DNA from: Prevotellaceae bacterium UBA2744
GTDB lineage: Bacteria; Bacteroidota; Bacteroidia; Bacteroidales; Bacteroidaceae
DNA: 64,000 nt
Direction: 5' to 3'
Assembly: GCA_002353575.1 (NCBI GenBank)
Contig: DEJQ01000019.1
Coordinates: 118,164 to 182,163 of the forward strand
Positions 26,208 through 35,709 of the stretch are shown here, piece by piece. The translations under genes were made by a program, and so were the position numbers. Under the pieces are notes generated by a model. That model searched no databases and was not told the origin of the DNA. It saw nothing but the letters and a program-made list of their open reading frames with translations. The stretch's first letter is position 1. Each line of letters opens with the position of its first letter.

Positions 26208-27962
26208 ATGGATATAGCAAACAACAACGAACAGCAGACCTATGAGTCTGTCAGCTTCGTAGAGGAAATACTGCGTAAGGATTTGGCAGAAGGTAAGAAC
26301 GGCGGACGAATGCAGACTCGTTTCCCGCCGGAGCCAAACGGTTATCTTCACATAGGCCACGCCAAGGCCATTGCCCTCGACTTCGGAATGGCAAAGAAAT
26401 ACGGAGGCGTCTGCAACCTTCGCATGGACGACACCAACCCGCAGAAAGAAGACACGGAATATGTAGAGGCCATAAAGCGTGATATCGAGTGGCTCGGATT
26501 CAAGTGGGGCAACATCTACTACGCATCCGACTACTTCCAGCAGCTCTGGGACCTCGCCGTGGCTCTCATCAAGTCGGGCAAGGCTTATGTAGATGAACAG
26601 ACCAGCGAACAGATAGCCGAACAGAAGGGCACACCGACACAGGCCGGAACTAACAGCCCCTTCCGCGACCGCCCCGTCGAGGAGAGCCTGCGCCTCTTCG
26701 AACAGATGAACAGCGGAACGATGGAACCCGGCAAGATGGTGCTCCGTGCCAAAATAGACATGGCAAGTCCGAATATGCACTTCCGCGACCCTATCATGTA
26801 CCGTGTGCTTAATATGCCACACTGGCGTACAGGAAACAAATGGAATGCGTATCCTATGTACGACTTCACCCACGGACAGTGTGACTACTGGGAAGGAGTG
26901 ACCCACAGCTGGTGTACACTCGAATTTGTCAGCCACCGTCCGCTCTACGACCTCTTCGTCGATTGGGCAAAGATAGAGGGTGGGGACGACAAGCCGCTCG
27001 ACGACAACCGCCCGCGACAGACCGAGTTCAACAAGCTCAACCTTACTCATATTCTATTAAGTAAGCGCAACCTGCTTATCCTCGTAAATGAGAAGATTGT
27101 AAACGGATGGGACGACCCACGTATGCCCACTATCTGCGGATTCCGCCGTCGTGGTTACAGCCCGGAAGGAATCCTCAGCTTCATAGACAAGATAGGATAT
27201 ACTAAGTTCGATGCACTCAACGAGATGTCTCTGTTCGAGAGTGCTGTCCGCGACGACCTCAACAAGCGGGCTCAGCGTGTCAGTGCCGTACTCGACCCGC
27301 TTAGTCTTGTCATCACAAACTTCCCTGAAGGCGAAACCGAAGTATATACAGCACAGAACAATCCGGAGAACCCGGACGACGGAACACACGAGATAGAGTT
27401 CAGCCGCAAGCTGTGGATTGAACGCGAAGACTTCATGGAGGATGCTCCGAAGAAATTCTTCCGTCTCGGTCCGGGCAAGGAAGTACGCCTGAAGAACTCC
27501 TACATCATCCGTTGTTCTGAAAACTCCGAGGAATGTATCGTAAAGGATGCAGACGGAAACATTGTCGAAGTACGTGCTGAATTGGTTCCCGACACCAAGA
27601 CCGGTCAGGCTAATTCAAATATGAAGATAAAGGGCAAGACCATCCATTGGGTCAGCCAGGCACACTGTCTCGAAGCCGAGGTGCGCAACTACGACCGCCT
27701 GTGGCTCGTTGCCAATCCGCGCGACGAAGTAGCCAACTACTCTAAAGAGCATGGCGACCTGCGCGGCATCGAGGCTATGCGTCCGTTCCTCAACCCTAAC
27801 AGTCTTGAAATCAAGAAAGCCTACGTGGAGAAATGGCTGCAGACCCGCAAGCCGCTCGACTACCTGCAGTTCCAGCGCATCGGTTACTACAATGTCGATC
27901 CAGACTCTACACCAGACCACCTTGTGTTCAACCGCACAGTCGATCTGAAAGCATCAAAATAA
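26208..27962 (+). CDS. glnS: Glutamine--tRNA ligase
   Basis: 584 aa with class I HIGH motif (PEPNGYLHIGHAK), ..VLRAKIDMASPNMHFRDPIMYRV.. and ..LSKRNL.. (KMSKS-like). Confidence 0.95.
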   Translation: MDIANNNEQQTYESVSFVEEILRKDLAEGKNGGRMQTRFPPEPNGYLHIGHAKAIALDFGMAKKYGGVCNLRMDDTNPQKEDTEYVEAIKRDIEWLGFKWGNIYYASDYFQQLWDLAVALIKSGKAYVDEQTSEQIAEQKGTPTQAGTNSPFRDRPVEESLRLFEQMNSGTMEPGKMVLRAKIDMASPNMHFRDPIMYRVLNMPHWRTGNKWNAYPMYDFTHGQCDYWEGVTHSWCTLEFVSHRPLYDLFVDWAKIEGGDDKPLDDNRPRQTEFNKLNLTHILLSKRNLLILVNEKIVNGWDDPRMPTICGFRRRGYSPEGILSFIDKIGYTKFDALNEMSLFESAVRDDLNKRAQRVSAVLDPLSLVITNFPEGETEVYTAQNNPENPDDGTHEIEFSRKLWIEREDFMEDAPKKFFRLGPGKEVRLKNSYIIRCSENSEECIVKDADGNIVEVRAELVPDTKTGQANSNMKIKGKTIHWVSQAHCLEAEVRNYDRLWLVANPRDEVANYSKEHGDLRGIEAMRPFLNPNSLEIKKAYVEKWLQTRKPLDYLQFQRIGYYNVDPDSTPDHLVFNRTVDLKASK

Positions 27963-27996
27963 TTCTAACAGAAGAAAATACAAAAATCACCATACC

Positions 27997-29484
27997 TTGC
28001 GGAACGACTATTTTGACAGTGATGAATTTCGTGAAATCCTCGATGTCTATGAAGACTCGTTGAAGACTGGCATTACACCATATCTCGACATCGATGACTA
28101 CTCTGACATTGCCGATTACTACATGAATTCCGACAATTCATCCGAAGCTATAAGATGCGTGGAGAGCGGGCTCAATATATATCCTGACGAGCCCGTGCTT
28201 CTGCTCATCAAGTCCGGTGCATACATTTATCTGCATCGCTTCGAGGAAGCTGAAGAGATAGTCGAGTCGCTTTCTGCTGCCGGCAACAACGAAGTGGCAT
28301 ACCAGAAGGCACAGTTGCAATATGCCCTTCACGACAATACGGAGAAGGCTGAGGAGATGTTTGCCGCATGGCTGGCAGACGAACGCGAAAATGCCTTCAA
28401 CGACGAGGAAGACGCGGAACAACGTGAAGAGTACATCCGCGACAACTACATCCATGTAATCACATCACTCATCGAACTGGCTCCAGGTCATGTTTACGAC
28501 GAGGAAGTGGTGAAGCGATGGGTAGAACTATATATCGTCAACTTCTCTCCGCTCGGCAATTACGACAGCGACCTGATTCTTGCTGACACAGTCCGTTCAG
28601 AGTGTCTCTATGATATGGTCATTAGGGTATATGGCAACCTGCTCGAAACCAATCCGTATCTGTCGCACGGATGGACTATCCTCTCCGCTGCCCAGTTTAC
28701 CTGCAACCAGGTTGACGAGGCTCTCGACTCTGTTGAGTTCGCCTTGGCTATCGACCCCGAAGATACCGATGCCATGCTTACGAAAGCCCACTGCCTGATG
28801 TTTCGTGAGAACTATGCCGATGCAGCACCTATTCTTGAGGAATATGTCAAGCGCACCCACGACGGCAGCCAGCAGCTGGCACTTGCCACCTGTTATGTAG
28901 AGAATGAGAACACCACCGCAGCACTTCGCTGTCTGCAGAAGGCAGAGATATTCTTCACGCGTTATTCTTCCGACAAGGACTACTACGCCAGTGCCTGCTT
29001 TGAGATGGCAGACCTCTACTTCGCGCTCAATCGTCTTGATAGGGCACGAAAATATATTGACAGGGCTGTGCGTCTCTCGCCCGACGAGATAGAGTTCAAC
29101 CTGCTTAATGCCACCCTGAAGCTGGCAGAGGATAAGTTTGACGAAGCCTTGCCGCTTTTCATTAGCTATATACAGAATCAGGATGATGTGGTTAATGCCG
29201 TCGTGAAGATAGCCACCCGGCTCATCGTATTCAATCTCGATCCTGTAGCACTCGAACTTCTCGACATCATCGAGCGCACATCTGTGAACTATGAAGGAAC
29301 CGAGAATATATATCCTTACAAGGCGCTCATCTATCTTCGTCGGAAAGACTACAAACTTGCAGCCCAGTATATGAAACTGGGCGAGCTGCATTGTCCCGAG
29401 CTGACCCAGTGGGTGCTGTCCGACAATATACCCGTAGGAATGTCGCTTTCACGCTATTGCGAGATTATCTCAAAGCGAAAGTGA
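27997..29484 (+). CDS. Cytoplasmic TPR-repeat protein
   Basis: 495 aa with no signal peptide and multiple TPR-like hairpins. Apparent TTG start: there is no in-frame ATG until residue 43, and the first 42 residues look protein-like. Confidence 0.55.
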   Translation: MRNDYFDSDEFREILDVYEDSLKTGITPYLDIDDYSDIADYYMNSDNSSEAIRCVESGLNIYPDEPVLLLIKSGAYIYLHRFEEAEEIVESLSAAGNNEVAYQKAQLQYALHDNTEKAEEMFAAWLADERENAFNDEEDAEQREEYIRDNYIHVITSLIELAPGHVYDEEVVKRWVELYIVNFSPLGNYDSDLILADTVRSECLYDMVIRVYGNLLETNPYLSHGWTILSAAQFTCNQVDEALDSVEFALAIDPEDTDAMLTKAHCLMFRENYADAAPILEEYVKRTHDGSQQLALATCYVENENTTAALRCLQKAEIFFTRYSSDKDYYASACFEMADLYFALNRLDRARKYIDRAVRLSPDEIEFNLLNATLKLAEDKFDEALPLFISYIQNQDDVVNAVVKIATRLIVFNLDPVALELLDIIERTSVNYEGTENIYPYKALIYLRRKDYKLAAQYMKLGELHCPELTQWVLSDNIPVGMSLSRYCEIISKRK

Positions 29485-29553
29485 CACCAGTCTTAGTCCA
29501 TGAAAAGGAAATCGGTATCGTCTTAGCGTCTTAACTTCTGTATAGAGGCATCA

Positions 29554-31131
29554 TCAGTTCTTGATAGTCAGTTTCCGTGTGTTTTTCTTTATGATATTAT
29601 AAGCAGAGTAGATACCCAGCTCACCTGCCTTCGACAGGTCCTGAATGGCAGCTTCGGTCTGGTCTGAAAGCAGCTTCAGCAGTCCGCGGTTGTAGTATGC
29701 CTCGGCGAAGATAGGATTAATGCTGATGGCAGTATCCAGATTTATGATAGCATCGGCAATGTTTCCGTTGTGTGCCTGTTCGTATGCCTTTTCGAAATAT
29801 TTCATGGCATCGTCCGGAGCCACTTCTTTATATAGCTTCGAAGTCTTCTCCTGGGGCTTTATGAGGGTAGTCTCCACATTCCGGTTCTGCACCTTACCTC
29901 TTATTTCGCTCGAATACTGCTTGGTTGCTTCCTCGTCGTCGGCAACCACCAGGCTCTGGTAGTCATCTATGTTGCGTTCCGACTGCTTTCTGGTCTTGTT
30001 CTTCTGGCGCGAAGTGGCAGTAGCATAGCCATATCGGTGGGCGATCTCCTCTCTCAGCACATGATCCTCGTCGCGTTTTGCTCCATTCAGGTCACCGATC
30101 TTACGTTTTGCGGCAGCTCGCCGTTGGTAACCGTATAGAAACTTCGGATATTCCTTGATTACGGTTGTGTAGTCGCGGATAGCCTCGGCATACTCTCCGA
30201 TATTGTCGAGCAATGTGGCGCGGTTGAAGATAGCCATCATGTCGTCGGGGTCTTTCTCGATGATGAAATTGAAATCCTCGATAGCCAGATTGTCCTCACC
30301 CACATTGGCGCGGAGCAGTCCTCGGTTATAGTGTCCGATGAAGTTGTTCGGGTCGATCGACAGAGCCTGGTCATAGTCCTGCATGGCTCCCCTGTAGTTA
30401 TTCTGATGGTAACGGCAGAGAGCACGGTTTATGTAATTGCCCGGTTGTTTAGGCTGTAGCCGCAAAGCCTCGTCGAACATACCCTCGGCATCCTTGTATT
30501 GCTCTCTGTTTACCAGCAGCATGGCCTTTGCCGTCAGGGCAGGCACATTGTACTTGTCCACTTCGAGAGCCTTGTCGATAAACTCCTCAGCTTTGATGGT
30601 GTCGCCCGCCTGCATTTTTATCTGACTCTTTATGGTGTAGCCCTCCGCCTGCTTAGGCCATTTCTTGATCATGATGTCGCAGATAGAGTCAGCCACTTGC
30701 ATACTGTCCATTTGCAGGTAGCATATGGTCAGGTTATGCCACAGGGTCTTGCTTCCAGGTTCCACCTCCACAGCCTTCGTATAGTCCTCGGCTGCACCGC
30801 TGAGCTTGCCGAGTTTTATTCTCGCAAGTCCTCTTACCTGATAACTGTTGGGGTAAAAGGGATTCTTCTCTATTGCCTTTGTGCAGTCTGCCTCGGCACC
30901 TGTGAAATCATCCAGGTAGAATTTGGCCAGTCCGCGGAAGAAATACGGTTCGTAGAGGTATGGCTTGGAGTTTATGACCAGGTTGAAATACTGTATAGCC
31001 AAAACATAATCGTCGAAATAGATTGCATTCCGTCCGATATCTATCATTCGCGAAGTGTTTATCTGCGCCTGGGCAGGAAACAGCGACGACAGACTGAGCA
31101 GCAGACTCAGTATTATTTGTTTGGCTTGCAT
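29554..31131 (-). CDS. Secreted TPR-repeat protein
   Basis: 525 aa with signal peptide MQAKQIILSLLLSLSSLFPAQAQ and at least 8 canonical TPR units (..YFFRGLAKFYLDDFTGAEADCTKAIEKNP..). Its start overlaps the def stop by 19 nt. Confidence 0.65.
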   Translation of the reverse strand: MQAKQIILSLLLSLSSLFPAQAQINTSRMIDIGRNAIYFDDYVLAIQYFNLVINSKPYLYEPYFFRGLAKFYLDDFTGAEADCTKAIEKNPFYPNSYQVRGLARIKLGKLSGAAEDYTKAVEVEPGSKTLWHNLTICYLQMDSMQVADSICDIMIKKWPKQAEGYTIKSQIKMQAGDTIKAEEFIDKALEVDKYNVPALTAKAMLLVNREQYKDAEGMFDEALRLQPKQPGNYINRALCRYHQNNYRGAMQDYDQALSIDPNNFIGHYNRGLLRANVGEDNLAIEDFNFIIEKDPDDMMAIFNRATLLDNIGEYAEAIRDYTTVIKEYPKFLYGYQRRAAAKRKIGDLNGAKRDEDHVLREEIAHRYGYATATSRQKNKTRKQSERNIDDYQSLVVADDEEATKQYSSEIRGKVQNRNVETTLIKPQEKTSKLYKEVAPDDAMKYFEKAYEQAHNGNIADAIINLDTAISINPIFAEAYYNRGLLKLLSDQTEAAIQDLSKAGELGIYSAYNIIKKNTRKLTIKN

Positions 31132-31667
31132 TTATACGAAGCGCTAAACTTATTTTTAGTCATTGCTACGAGTTTCGACTTCAGCATCTGCTTGCGCAGC
31201 GGCCCCAGACGATCTACGAACATCTTTCCGTCCAGATGGTCGTTCTCGTGCTGAATCACACGGGCTGGGAAATCGTCGAACCACTCTTCATGCTCTTCGA
31301 AATTCTCGTCCAGATAGTTCAGCAGCACTCGCTTCGGACGCTTCACATTCTCGTGGATGCCAGGCACCGACAGGCATCCCTCTTCATACGACACCTGTTC
31401 GTCGCTCAGCTCTACTATCTCGGGATTGATGAATGTCTTCAGGTAGCCCTTGAATTCCGGATGCTCCTCGCTCAGACAGTCCAGATCCACGATAAACAGT
31501 CTGATGGGCAGTCCCACTTGTGGTGCTGCCAGTCCCACACCCTCCGAATTGCGCAGGGTTTCATACATGTTCTTTATCAGTTCTTTCAGGTCGGGATAAT
31601 TCTCTTCCACTTCTTCGGCAACTTGTCTCAGTACAGGTTGTCCGAATATGTACATTGGTAAAACCAT
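31113..31667 (-). CDS. def: Peptide deformylase
   Basis: 184 aa with motifs GVGLAAPQ, EGCLSVPG and QHENDHLDG. Confidence 0.95.
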   Translation of the reverse strand: MVLPMYIFGQPVLRQVAEEVEENYPDLKELIKNMYETLRNSEGVGLAAPQVGLPIRLFIVDLDCLSEEHPEFKGYLKTFINPEIVELSDEQVSYEEGCLSVPGIHENVKRPKRVLLNYLDENFEEHEEWFDDFPARVIQHENDHLDGKMFVDRLGPLRKQMLKSKLVAMTKNKFSASYKCKPNK

Positions 31668-31668
31668 A

Positions 31669-32088
31669 TTATATAAAGTGTTTATTATGTTCTAAGTATT
31701 CTTGAAGAATGATCGTAGCCGAAATCTTATCCACCAGTGCCTTGTCCTGCCGGGCTTTCTTGCCTATGCCCGAAGCCAGCATTGCCTTGTGTGCCAGCAC
31801 CGATGTGAACCGTTCATCGTACATCTCGACTTTCTTCTCCGGATACAGCTTCCGCAGTCTGTTCACGAACGGGGTGATTCGCTTCATGTTCTCTGAATCC
31901 TCGCCGTCCATCTGTCTGGGATAGCCTACGACGATGGTCTCCACCTCTTCTTTCTCCATGTAGTCCTTCAGAAAAGCCTCCAGTTTTACAGTTTCTACCG
32001 TTTCCAGTCCGTTGGCGATGATCTGCATGGGGTCAGTCACGGCTATGCCTGTCCGCTTCTTTCCGTAGTCTATGGATAGGATTCTCAT
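31669..32088 (-). CDS. ruvX: Putative pre-16S rRNA nuclease / Holliday junction resolvase-like RuvX (YqgF)
   Basis: 139 aa. MRILSIDYGKKRTGIAVTD... ..DERFTS..A is typical of YqgF. Confidence 0.9.
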   Translation of the reverse strand: MRILSIDYGKKRTGIAVTDPMQIIANGLETVETVKLEAFLKDYMEKEEVETIVVGYPRQMDGEDSENMKRITPFVNRLRKLYPEKKVEMYDERFTSVLAHKAMLASGIGKKARQDKALVDKISATIILQEYLEHNKHFI

Positions 32089-32123
32089 TGGGCTTAAGGT
32101 TTCAAGTTTTCAATTATGCATTA

Positions 32124-35099
32124 TCAATACCATTTTACAGAACTTGAGTACGAACTCTTCTTGTCGTACTTCAGTGCGTCGGTAAGTACCGAAGCATTAG
32201 CTCTCAGTGTTATGTTATATGATGTGAACGTACCGAACACCAGTCCGCAACTCATGTTGAAGCAGTGCATATCGCGTGAGATGTTTACGGTTGTCATTGA
32301 AATCTTACGTCTAGTGAAGTCCCATCCCGACGAGGCACTGATATTCCAGTTGCTCGCCAGTTTTATGCTGCCCGAGAAGTTCAGGTTGTGGGTGAACTTA
32401 TACGGATAGCGCATTGTCCTTCGGTTTATCTCTGCCGAGCGGTCTTCCGCCATGTTGATACCATACGAGATGCTGAATGACCAGGGCAGGTTGAACTTCA
32501 TATATCCGTCTTCGTCCAGTCCGCTCGTGTCCTCTTTCTCGTTCTTTTGTCTGCGCCGGCTCCTCAGGTTGCCTTTCTTCTCCTTCTCTTCTTCGTTTAC
32601 CTCTTCCTCTCCGTTCTTCTTCTTGTCCTCCTTTTCTTCTTCGTCATACTTGTGTCTGCCGAAGAGTTTTCCGAGCGCATCCCTGAATTTCTTGAAACTT
32701 TGGTTGTTGAACGAATATGAAAGGTTTTTGCTTATACCCTGGAAGCGTCCGAACCTTCCGTACGACCATTCTGTCCTGTCGCCTACGATGACGTTTCCGT
32801 TCTTGTCGAATGCATAGGCATAGGTGGCAAACACCGCAGCCAGATTTAGGGAGAACTTTCCGTATTTCAGACGGATTCGTGTGTTCAGGTTACTCCATTT
32901 CTGTCGTGTGGCAGCCATGTTATACGATATGTTGGCACCCAATTCGTCGATGATGCTAATCTTCTTTATACCACTCGTATCTTTGTCCGACTTGATCTTC
33001 ATCTCAATGTTGTTCGAGATGTCGAAGCTGACACTTCCCGTTTTGCCTGTTCCTGGCACTCCATACAGGGACCCTGCATAGGGCGAATAAGTCACCAGAG
33101 TCACGTTACCCTGTGTGTCGGTCTTCGTATAGGTATCGTAATATCCCCATGTCGAAGTGCTGAAGTCAGGTGCCCAGTTGAAGCTTATCGAAGGCGAGAA
33201 CACATGTCGTATCATCTGAATTTTATCGCCGAATATCTTCCTGTTAGGCTTGTAGAATCCATACAGCTTCGTGTTGATGGACAAATTGGTTGTGAAGTCA
33301 TACACACGGTTAAATCCCCACACCGTGTCTCTCACCACAGTCTGCTTCTCGCGGTTCCAGTCCTGATTCACCTTATGTGTGTACCATCGTTCATTGTAGG
33401 TGATGCCAGGAGTCACATTGATATACTTCAGTATGGTGAACGAAGCATTGATTGGAATGGTGTGACGCATACCATTGTTCCAGTCCTTAATCAGGTTCGA
33501 CTTCAGAAGTCTGTTCTCCTTGGTCGAGATACTGTTCGACAGTGAACCGGTATATGCAAAGGATATCTTCTCATACCAACGTTCCTTGCCGGCCGCCTTC
33601 TTGCGCTTGAACGGATAGAAACGACTTACCATAATCGACAAGTTAGGCAGGGTTACGGAGAGCATAGAGTCACGCATATTCTGTGATATGTTAGCTGATG
33701 CCGTAATCGACAGACCTATTTTCGGGAATGAATGCGAATAGCTTATGGAAGATGTTCTCGTGCTTTGCGAATACGAGGTGGGATTATAGAGCGAAGTAAG
33801 GTTTTTCTTCTCGTAACTCTGTGTGGCGAAGTTCACACTGGCCGAAAAATTACTGTTCGGACTGGCCTTCGGGTCCTGTTGGTGATTCCATTGCAGCTTG
33901 AAGTTCTTCGACACATTATAGTCCGGCATGTTCTTTTCGCCTTCCTTCGTCACTTGATAGTTGAAATAGAAATTACCCTGATACTTATACCTCTTCTTAT
34001 ATGTCGATTGGGCACCGATGCCCCACGAACCCTTCGTGAAGATTTCTCCCGTAAGTCGCAAATCGACATTGTCGTTAATGGCAAGGTAGTAACCTCCGTC
34101 GCGCAGGTAGAAACCTCTGGTCGATTCGTCGCCATACGACGGCATAATGATACCTGACGAATACTTGCTGGTGAAGGGGAAGTAGGCAAACGGAATGGCG
34201 AGGGGTAGGGGCACATCCTCGATTACGAGCCATGCAGGACCTGAGAACACACTTTTTCCCGTGTGCACCTTTGCCCGGCTCAGCGCTATGTAAAAGTGCG
34301 GATGCTCCTCGTCGCAGGTGGTGTATCGTCCGTGTCGCAGATACAGATCATCGTCCTGTCCCTTTTTCGATTCCTCGCTCGTCAGGAATCCGTCCTGCTG
34401 CTGAGTATATACATTCTCGATGAATCCCTTCTTCGTCTTGAAGTTGTACGACATCTTCTCCATCTCGTAACTGTCTTCGCCCTCCTTGAATATAGGAGTG
34501 CCATACAGCTTACCCAGTGAATCCAGGGCACCTACGGCATGCACAATAGAACTGTCCATATTCATCTTTATCTCCTCCGACTTCAGTTCTATGTTTGTAT
34601 AGTTCACCTGAGCATCACCATACAGGATAGCATTCTTATCGCCCATCATGAAAACCACCGAGTCGTTAGCGGTATAAACCACGGGAGCTTCGAGCGGCGG
34701 GTCCTTCTTGCTTGCGTTTATGGAGTCTTGGACTGCAGCAATCGAGTCGTTCCACTGCACAGCTTTCCTCGTCTGCTTTACCTCGTAGGCATCCATCAGC
34801 GAATCGAGAGCTACGAGCGAGAGCGAATCCATCCGTGCCAGACTGTCCTTGCTGATTCCCAGTTCGGCGAGAATCTTGTCCGACAATCTCTTCACCGAGT
34901 CCGCCTTCAGGTCTATTTCCGACATTTTTGTCTCGCCAGCATCCTTTAGAGTGGAATCAACCTTCAGAGAATCAGTGACTGAATCGGGCACAGCACCCAT
35001 GAAAGGAGTGCGTCCAACAAAAAAACCACCAAAGCCGAACACCGAGAATGTGGCTAAGGTAAGCAGCATCACCACCAATATATATTGTCTGATTCTCAA
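32124..35099 (-). CDS. lptD: LptD/OstA-like LPS-assembly outer-membrane protein (Bacteroidota long form)
   Basis: 991 aa with an N-terminal anchor/signal, an OstA-like N-domain and a long beta-barrel-like C-terminal region. It carries a K/E-rich low-complexity insert. Family assigned from size, style and memory. Confidence 0.55.
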   Translation of the reverse strand: MRIRQYILVVMLLTLATFSVFGFGGFFVGRTPFMGAVPDSVTDSLKVDSTLKDAGETKMSEIDLKADSVKRLSDKILAELGISKDSLARMDSLSLVALDSLMDAYEVKQTRKAVQWNDSIAAVQDSINASKKDPPLEAPVVYTANDSVVFMMGDKNAILYGDAQVNYTNIELKSEEIKMNMDSSIVHAVGALDSLGKLYGTPIFKEGEDSYEMEKMSYNFKTKKGFIENVYTQQQDGFLTSEESKKGQDDDLYLRHGRYTTCDEEHPHFYIALSRAKVHTGKSVFSGPAWLVIEDVPLPLAIPFAYFPFTSKYSSGIIMPSYGDESTRGFYLRDGGYYLAINDNVDLRLTGEIFTKGSWGIGAQSTYKKRYKYQGNFYFNYQVTKEGEKNMPDYNVSKNFKLQWNHQQDPKASPNSNFSASVNFATQSYEKKNLTSLYNPTSYSQSTRTSSISYSHSFPKIGLSITASANISQNMRDSMLSVTLPNLSIMVSRFYPFKRKKAAGKERWYEKISFAYTGSLSNSISTKENRLLKSNLIKDWNNGMRHTIPINASFTILKYINVTPGITYNERWYTHKVNQDWNREKQTVVRDTVWGFNRVYDFTTNLSINTKLYGFYKPNRKIFGDKIQMIRHVFSPSISFNWAPDFSTSTWGYYDTYTKTDTQGNVTLVTYSPYAGSLYGVPGTGKTGSVSFDISNNIEMKIKSDKDTSGIKKISIIDELGANISYNMAATRQKWSNLNTRIRLKYGKFSLNLAAVFATYAYAFDKNGNVIVGDRTEWSYGRFGRFQGISKNLSYSFNNQSFKKFRDALGKLFGRHKYDEEEKEDKKKNGEEEVNEEEKEKKGNLRSRRRQKNEKEDTSGLDEDGYMKFNLPWSFSISYGINMAEDRSAEINRRTMRYPYKFTHNLNFSGSIKLASNWNISASSGWDFTRRKISMTTVNISRDMHCFNMSCGLVFGTFTSYNITLRANASVLTDALKYDKKSSYSSSVKWY

Positions 35100-35120
35100 A
35101 TTGCCATTGTAAAAACGGCA

Positions 35121-35128
35121 CGAAGGTA
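35121..35128 (-). promoter_or_regulatory. -7 promoter box TACCTTCG (minus strand) for lptD-like operon
   Basis: Plus strand CGAAGGTA, 22 nt upstream of ATG 35099. Confidence 0.5.
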
Positions 35129-35676
35129 CGCAATATTCTCCAAAAATACTCTATAAAAAAATAAAATTTAACCATCGGCTACATTATTTATATCCAAAAC
35201 GCGGACGTTCCTCCAAAATGCATTACAACATAAAAACCGCATCCTTAAATTCTCTTTATTGATTCGTGTGTGTGTGCTGTTAAACTAAGAATTTTTTGTT
35301 TCTAAACTTAGAAAAAATTTTTTTCTAGTTATGTAGCAAAAATCGTTGTTCTTTTGTCTGTTTCCAACAATACTGCAAAGGTGCAAAAAATTAGGAGGGG
35401 AGTCCTGCTTTTCAATTGTTTTTCCATGAAACAATCGAAGCGAATAACCTCAGGGCGTTTTGAGAAATTTGTTTTGACAAATTATAAGGAGTATAATATG
35501 GAATTTAAACCTTGTGCGGCTCAGGTCAGATTGGAATATTGTAGAAGAACAAACGGATACTATGTGGGATGATTTCCTAATGAAGAAAGTAGAGATTTTT
35601 TATCCTGTGGGCAGTTCGAAGTTGCTCTACAGGAGAAATCTGCGCTGAGTATATTGGACATGTAAAAGGAAATGCG

Positions 35677-35684
35677 TACTTTTG
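35677..35684 (+). promoter_or_regulatory. -7 promoter box TACTTTTG for upp
   Basis: Exact TAnnTTTG match, 26 nt upstream of ATG 35710. Confidence 0.5.
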
Positions 35685-35709
35685 CAGCATAATAAAAACA
35701 CTATACATT

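Noticed and set aside
11000-27500. Looked for mobile-element hallmarks (integrase, transposase, tRNA attachment site, flanking direct repeats, conjugation genes) at the edges of the GC-rich block.
   Set aside because: None is visible. The borders are gradual and fall inside ordinary housekeeping genes, so I do not call it a genomic island or mobile element.
28597-31254. 264-aa (minus, 28597-29391) and 251-aa (plus, 30499-31254) ORFs opposite the two TPR genes.
   Set aside because: Antisense shadows. The sense frames show regular TPR hairpins and, for the second gene, a signal peptide.
35510-35540. GCGGCTCAGGTCAGATTGG briefly resembled the CAGGUCAGG core of SRP (4.5S) RNA.
   Set aside because: The flanking sequence lacks the conserved GGAAGCAGC / GNAR tetraloop helix-8 elements and any complementary 5'/3' stem.
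35354-35572. 72-aa ORF in the lptD-upp spacer, with sigma70-like TTGACA (35474-35479) and TATAAT (35492-35497) hexamers.
   Set aside because: The long form starts at a non-ATG codon with no support. The hexamers are only 12 nt apart (17 +/- 1 is needed), and Bacteroidota primary sigma factors do not use this consensus. Only the shorter 48- and 24-aa versions are kept as low-confidence candidates in a finding.
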